Assembly: GCA_965242925.1 (NCBI GenBank)
Contig: CBDEUM010000034.1
Span: 32,001-96,000, forward strand
Direction: 5' to 3'
Origin: Roseibacillus sp.
Lineage (GTDB): Bacteria > Verrucomicrobiota > Verrucomicrobiia > Verrucomicrobiales > Akkermansiaceae
Length of the DNA stretch: 64,000 nucleotides
Made by a program: the position numbers and the translations under genes. Positions 59,039 through 64,000 of the stretch are shown here, one piece after another. The notes under the pieces are model-generated. The model worked only from the letters and a program-made list of their open reading frames with translations. It searched no databases and was not told the origin of the DNA. The first letter of the stretch is position 1; each line of letters opens with the position of its first letter.

Positions 59039-59130
59039 TTGGTGGGGTCCTGGTTGGTCGCGTCCCGGCGATAGCGGGAATGATGCTTTTGGGGTTGCCA
59101 GCGCCGGATTTCTTCTGGAATCTCTTCGCG

Positions 59131-59925
59131 ATGAAACGACTAGAGCTTGCGTGCATTCTTTTCGCGACCACTCTCGCCGCCTCGCTTCCTGCTGGTGCCG
59201 GGGTGATTGCCTGGTGGCCTCTGGATAATGATGCCAATGATGCCTCCGGAAACGGTCACAACGGATCGGTGGTAGGTGGCACGGTCAACTTCGGCCAAGC
59301 GGGTGCCAATGCTGCTACCGGGTTCTCCGCAAGTTTTCCTGACCAAGGCCACATCGATGTGCCTTACGCTGCTGTGCTCAATCCGGGCACCCAGGCCCCC
59401 GGTGGCTCGGGCAGCTTTACGATCGCGCTCTGGGCCAACTCGAGCAGCAATGGAGGGTTCAACTCACCCTTCACTGCCCGCGAAGACAACGGGGCGTCGG
59501 TAAATGGTCCGATTATTTACAACAATAACGGGGGTAACTGGAGTTACTGGGCTGGCAACAACGGACCTTCCGGGCAATGGAATGCGCTCAATGGTCCCGC
59601 CGTGCCTCTCAACACCTGGCAACACGTGGCGGTTACTTATGATTCGTCTACGCAGACTCGTAACATGTTTGTCGACGGTGTTGAGGTGCTCACTGCCAAC
59701 CTCGGCGTCTCCCCCAACGCCTTGCGTAACATCCATATCGGATCCGGTCAGGACGATGGACGTAACTTCTACTGGAATGGTCAGATCGACGACGTGATCA
59801 TGTATGACGAAGCCTTGAGCGCCGCTCAGATTCAGAATGTCATGACCAACAGCGTCCCTGAGCCCAGCGGCACGGGCCTCATGATCCTGGCGGCCTTCGG
59901 GTTCGTCCTGCGCCGTCGCCGATAG
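59131..59925 (+). CDS. LamG domain PEP-CTERM protein
   Basis: Start MKRLELACILFATTLAASLPAGA; IAWWPLDNDANDASGNG; WQHVAVTYD; ends VPEPSGTGLMILAAFGFVLRRRR. Confidence 0.95.
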   Translation: MKRLELACILFATTLAASLPAGAGVIAWWPLDNDANDASGNGHNGSVVGGTVNFGQAGANAATGFSASFPDQGHIDVPYAAVLNPGTQAPGGSGSFTIALWANSSSNGGFNSPFTAREDNGASVNGPIIYNNNGGNWSYWAGNNGPSGQWNALNGPAVPLNTWQHVAVTYDSSTQTRNMFVDGVEVLTANLGVSPNALRNIHIGSGQDDGRNFYWNGQIDDVIMYDEALSAAQIQNVMTNSVPEPSGTGLMILAAFGFVLRRRR

Positions 59926-61807
59926 AGTCCAGGCGTCCACTGAATATTTAGAAGACCGGCAAACCCACTCCTTGGGTTTGCCGGCTTTTTTTAACCCCCC
60001 CCCTGGACAATTTTTCCTCTCATCCAAAACCGCTCCCATAAACCATGAACCTGCGTTCTTTCTTCCTCTTCACCTTTTGTGCAATCGCCATCCAAGTGGC
60101 CTCCGTGCACGCTGATCTCCTGGCGCACTGGCCACTCGACAACGACGCCGCTGATGCCACTGGAAACGGGCACGATGGGGTCGTGACTGGAGGGACTGTT
60201 AATTTCGGACAACCCGGAGCCAATGCTGCCACCGGCAATGCCGCGGCCTTCCCTGACAATGGTCACATTGACGTCCTTTTCGATACGGCGCTCAATCCGG
60301 GCACCCAGGCCCCCGACGGCTCGGGCAGCTTCACGATCGCGCTCTGGGCCAACTCGAGCAGCAATGGGGGATTCAACTCACCCTTCACTTCCCGCGAAGA
60401 CAACGGGGTGTCGGTAAATGGTCCGATTATTTATAACAATAACGGCGGTAACTGGAGTTACTGGGCTGGCAACAACGGAGCCCCCGGGCAATGGAATGCG
60501 CTCAATGGTCCCGCCGTGCCCCTCAATACCTGGCAGCACGTGGCGGTCACCTATGATTCAGCCACTCTTACCCGCAAAATGTTCATTGATGGAGCCGAAG
60601 TGCTCACCGCCAACATCGGCGTCTCCGCCAATGCCTTGCGTGACATTCACATTGGTTCGGGCCAGGACAACGGGCTCAACTTCTACTGGAACGGACTCAT
60701 CGACGACGTGGGCTTCTGGGATGAGGCCCTTGGACAGGTCGAGATTGCGTCGGTGATGAACAACGGAATCGGGGGCGGCGTGGCCGATCCCAATCTCAGC
60801 ACCCGTGGCTCCTATAACCTGACCTTCGATGGTGTGGACAGGTCCTTCAATATTCCCATAGCCAATATTGGGGAAACGCAGGACCTGAACATAGTCGGGA
60901 CTCCTGTCATCGGAGGGGATGATGCGGCTAACTTCAGCGTGGTCACCGTTCCTGGTCCTATCGGACCCGGAGCTACGGCAGACCTTGTGTGCTCCTTTGA
61001 TCCCCTCGGTGGCGCAGGATTATTCGAGGCCACCTTCGACATCGCGAGTGACGATCCTCTGGAGCCAAGCAAGGTGATCACGGTGCTCATGACCTTCCGC
61101 GATCCTTTCGTATCCGGACCTGCGGTGATCGACTTTGGGGTCTTGGCTTCGGGAGCCGGAGCTGAGGTTGTGCAGGTCACGATCGAAAACCCCGGGATCA
61201 GCCAACTCGATATCACCGGCATCACCCTGAGCGGGTCGGATGCGGGTAACTTTTCACTCGGAACCTTCTCCGGCATTGACGGTGGCGGGGCGATCGACGT
61301 CGATCTCACCTTCAACTCCAATGGCCAGGAAGGCTCCTTCGTAGCGGATCTCACGATCGAGTCCAATGATCCCCTGGCTCCCAGTTTAATCGTTCCCATC
61401 GAGGTGCGGGTTGAGTTCAGTAATCCTCTCATCGCTCACTGGCCTCTGGATACTGATGCCTCTGATGCAACCGGAAATGGCTTCGATGGTGCGGTGGTTG
61501 GAGGCACGGTTAATTTCGGGCAACCCGGCGCCAATGCTGCCACCGGGACCGCCGCCTCCTTCCCGGACAACGGTCATATCGATGTGCTCTATGATGCGGC
61601 GCTCAACCCCGGAGAAAAGGCACCAGCCGGAGCAGAAAGTTTCACCATCGCACTCTGGGCCAACTCTACCAGCAACTCCGGATTCAATTCTCCCTTCACC
61701 TCCCGCGAGGACAGCGATTCGGTGAATGGCCCCATCATCTACAACAATCCGAGCGGCAACTGGAGTTACTGGGCTGGCAACAACGGACCTTCCGGGCAAT
61801 GGAATGC
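59376..61807 (+). repeat. Triplicated LamG coding segment (dispersed direct repeats)
   Basis: 59376-59645 vs 60290-60559 show 17 mismatches in 270 bp by manual alignment; 59536-59585 is identical to 61758-61807 (50 bp). Confidence 0.9.
59956..59992 (+). terminator. Rho-independent terminator
   Basis: 12-bp stem ccggcaaaccca / tgggtttgccgg, 5-nt loop, then a T7 tract. Confidence 0.9.
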
Positions 61808-62867
61808 CATTAATGACGGCCCGGTGCCCCTCAATACCTGGGTCCATGTGGCGGTCACCTACGACTCAGCTGACACCAGGCGGAAGATGTTTGTCGACGG
61901 GGTGGAGGTGATCAACCAGGTCCTTGGGGTCTCCGCCAATTCCCAGCGCAACATTCATATCGGTTCGGGCCAGGATGACGGGCTCAACTTTTTCTGGAAC
62001 GGTCTCATCGACGATGTCGGACTGTTCCGGGTGGCCCTCACCGAGGAGCAGGTCCTGGCCGTGATGAACAAAGGGGTGGCGAGCTTCAACAAGTCATCGA
62101 AATTCCCCTTCAGCGTCTCGAACGCCTCCAACGACTCGCTGGTCTTTCGCTGGGACAGCCAGGCCGGAAAACTCTATAACCTGCTGAGCGTGACCAATCC
62201 CTCGGCTCCCATTCCTCCCGGAGCGGATCCGGCTGCTCCCTCCGAGTGGCCCGTCTTTAATAATCACACGGCCATCGCGGCCAGCCCGCCCGAGAACATC
62301 CTGACCATTCCGCGTCCGGCCGACCCCGCTCGTTATTTCGTCATCCAAGAATACAACGCGCCGCCCGTGGTGGCCTTCTCCGATGACCTCGAATCGGGCG
62401 CGGGGGATTGGACCACTCTGGTTAACGACGCGATTGGTGACACTGATTGGCAACTTGGCACGCCGGGCGGCAGCACGGGACCGCTCACAGGAGCCGGGGG
62501 CTCGAACAATGCCTGGTGCACGAACCTGGCGGATTACGGTGCCGACTCCGACATTTCACTCCGTTCTCCGGCCATCGATCTCAGCGCTCTGGCCAGTGCC
62601 ACCCTGGCATTTAAAGCCTACCGCGATGCGGACGGTTTCGGCGACTTCGCCAGGATTCGGTTCTTGCGGGCCAGCGATCAGGTCCAGCTCGGCGGGGACA
62701 CACAGATTGACATGGCTCCGATTGATGCGGACTGGATCTCCCTCACTATTCCGGTTGTGCCGGAGGCGATCGGCGAAACGGTTCTCATTGAATGGATCTT
62801 CACGAGCGACAGCAGCCTGGACGCCTTTAGCGGGCTCTCCATTGACGACATTGAGGTGACCGACTGA
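60045..62867 (+). CDS. Secreted protein: LamG, two Ig-like (choice-of-anchor D/PapD-like) domains, LamG, internal module, MAM-like jelly-roll
   Basis: Two LamG copies (LLAHWPLD, LIAHWPLD); I.N.G...L.I...SDDP/SNDP Ig repeats; FRWDSQAGKLYNL...RYFVIQE; FSDDLESG...LRSPAIDL...IDDIEV. Paralogous to 28796-30331 at the C-terminus. Confidence 0.88.
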   Translation: MNLRSFFLFTFCAIAIQVASVHADLLAHWPLDNDAADATGNGHDGVVTGGTVNFGQPGANAATGNAAAFPDNGHIDVLFDTALNPGTQAPDGSGSFTIALWANSSSNGGFNSPFTSREDNGVSVNGPIIYNNNGGNWSYWAGNNGAPGQWNALNGPAVPLNTWQHVAVTYDSATLTRKMFIDGAEVLTANIGVSANALRDIHIGSGQDNGLNFYWNGLIDDVGFWDEALGQVEIASVMNNGIGGGVADPNLSTRGSYNLTFDGVDRSFNIPIANIGETQDLNIVGTPVIGGDDAANFSVVTVPGPIGPGATADLVCSFDPLGGAGLFEATFDIASDDPLEPSKVITVLMTFRDPFVSGPAVIDFGVLASGAGAEVVQVTIENPGISQLDITGITLSGSDAGNFSLGTFSGIDGGGAIDVDLTFNSNGQEGSFVADLTIESNDPLAPSLIVPIEVRVEFSNPLIAHWPLDTDASDATGNGFDGAVVGGTVNFGQPGANAATGTAASFPDNGHIDVLYDAALNPGEKAPAGAESFTIALWANSTSNSGFNSPFTSREDSDSVNGPIIYNNPSGNWSYWAGNNGPSGQWNAINDGPVPLNTWVHVAVTYDSADTRRKMFVDGVEVINQVLGVSANSQRNIHIGSGQDDGLNFFWNGLIDDVGLFRVALTEEQVLAVMNKGVASFNKSSKFPFSVSNASNDSLVFRWDSQAGKLYNLLSVTNPSAPIPPGADPAAPSEWPVFNNHTAIAASPPENILTIPRPADPARYFVIQEYNAPPVVAFSDDLESGAGDWTTLVNDAIGDTDWQLGTPGGSTGPLTGAGGSNNAWCTNLADYGADSDISLRSPAIDLSALASATLAFKAYRDADGFGDFARIRFLRASDQVQLGGDTQIDMAPIDADWISLTIPVVPEAIGETVLIEWIFTSDSSLDAFSGLSIDDIEVTD

Positions 62868-62994
62868 AATTTCCTTCGTTGATAGCTTCGATGGGCGCGC
62901 TCTGAGCGGTTCATCGGGGCGGACCGCCCGCCAACGGCATGAAGGCCAGATGGGGCGCTGACGATGGCGGGAGAAGGGCTGAGCTGATTTGCTC

Positions 62995-63999
62995 CTAGCG
63001 CTCCTGCACCCGGAGCCGGAAGAAGAGGCGGGGCTCTCCAAAGGGAGGGCTGTGGATACCCCACTGCCGGGGTTCCCCGCCGAGGTAGTCGAAACCGTCT
63101 TCGTTCCAGTGGACAAGATCGGTGCTCCACTGGGGAATGATTTCCACACCATCGGCGCCCGGCATGAGGGACGCGGAGAGAGTCTTGGTGAGGACGTCAA
63201 GAATCACGGGGCCTGCCAGAGAGTAGGTCAGGAGATCACCGCCGTGGTAGGAAACGGTGTCCGTGCCACCCGGAGTTCCTCCGGGTGCGGTGCTGGCACG
63301 CCAGTTCTGCGGCAAGCCGTGATCGGGCGCTGATCCTGGCGCGATGAGAACAAGGCTCGGTCCTCCTCCATCTGTCCGGTCGGGCCAGGGAAGGTCGTTG
63401 TCGTAGGAGAAGGCCAGAATCTCGTCACCCTGGGAATCCGAGATTGCGACGAATTCGCCTCCATTGTTGAGCGCCCCTTCGAAGGTCCCTGCAATGGCTA
63501 CCCCGGGATGAGCTGCTGCGAAGGCAACGGGATCGTGTACGAGGACGGCCCGCTCTCCGGGGGCAAGGGTGTAACCGAGTGGAAAGGTGAAGGTGATCCC
63601 GTCGCTGAAGTGAACTCCGGTGAGGTCGAGGGTATCGACGGCGGAAATGTTCATGACCTCGATGAATTCGTCGGCGGTGTCAGTGATCGCCGGATTGTAC
63701 ATCAGTTCGCTCACTGCCAGGGTCGTGGCGCTGGGCGCCACCCCGACGATGAAGGTGGCCTCGTTAAGCGCCGACCACTCGGAACCGTCGAAGGCACGTG
63801 CCCGGATCTGGGTGGTCGCATTCAAGGGGAAGGAATCCTCCCCACTCAGGGTGGTGGCCTCGATTTCCGGAACAATGAGGAAGTCGGAACTTCCTGAGCT
63901 GACGTTGAGTCCGTGAATGGCGAGAAGGTTGCCGGCGGGTGAGAGCAGGTTCCTGTGCGCCGTGATGTCGATCTCTTCGAACTGAACCGCGAGGGAATC
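62995..63999 (-). CDS. 3' end of a large lamin-tail-domain protein with C-terminal module (runs off the window end; probably CotH-type)
   Basis: The frame is open to the window edge (…LLAIHGLNVSSGSSDFL…); WSALNEATF, LAVSELMYNP, EFIEV, DGGGPSL, NWRAS; WSTDLVHW...LFFRLRVQER. Confidence 0.88.
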   Translation of the reverse strand, partial: DSLAVQFEEIDITAHRNLLSPAGNLLAIHGLNVSSGSSDFLIVPEIEATTLSGEDSFPLNATTQIRARAFDGSEWSALNEATFIVGVAPSATTLAVSELMYNPAITDTADEFIEVMNISAVDTLDLTGVHFSDGITFTFPLGYTLAPGERAVLVHDPVAFAAAHPGVAIAGTFEGALNNGGEFVAISDSQGDEILAFSYDNDLPWPDRTDGGGPSLVLIAPGSAPDHGLPQNWRASTAPGGTPGGTDTVSYHGGDLLTYSLAGPVILDVLTKTLSASLMPGADGVEIIPQWSTDLVHWNEDGFDYLGGEPRQWGIHSPPFGEPRLFFRLRVQER

Positions 64000-64000
64000 T

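Noticed and set aside
59376..60559. LamG near-duplicates as a diversity-generating retroelement TR/VR pair
   Set aside because: Mismatches are mostly synonymous and not adenine-specific, both copies are coding, and no reverse transcriptase is present.

Overview
GC-rich bacterial DNA, most likely Verrucomicrobiota or a PVC relative. This is inferred from the PEP-CTERM proteins, SHD1 domain, DUF1592/DUF1552 pair and lamin-tail/CotH proteins. The window has no housekeeping genes, rRNA, tRNA, CRISPR or transposases; it is almost entirely a secretome island. It encodes four complete large lamin-tail-domain/CotH-kinase proteins plus a partial relative, three PEP-CTERM proteins, several LamG proteins and three paralogous PQQ-propeller/methyltransferase-like/Cys-motif proteins. 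It also encodes a multidomain sulfatase, an ASPIC/UnbV protein, several hydrolases and a DUF1592/DUF1552 cytochrome pair. Main observations: (1) unrelated exported proteins share a C-terminal 'S-x-DL-x-x-W ... F-x-R-L' module that seems to act as an alternative to PEP-CTERM; (2) the secreted CotH kinases keep their apparent catalytic motifs; (3) an unannotated 43-aa Cys/His lipoprotein has its own terminator; (4) a LamG domain is triplicated as a mosaic across adjacent genes; (5) a methyltransferase is flanked by 41-bp direct repeats; (6) an enolase 3' end is interleaved with a shredded YHYH gene, probably an assembly-consensus chimera. All domain calls are by eye from motifs; no searches were run.
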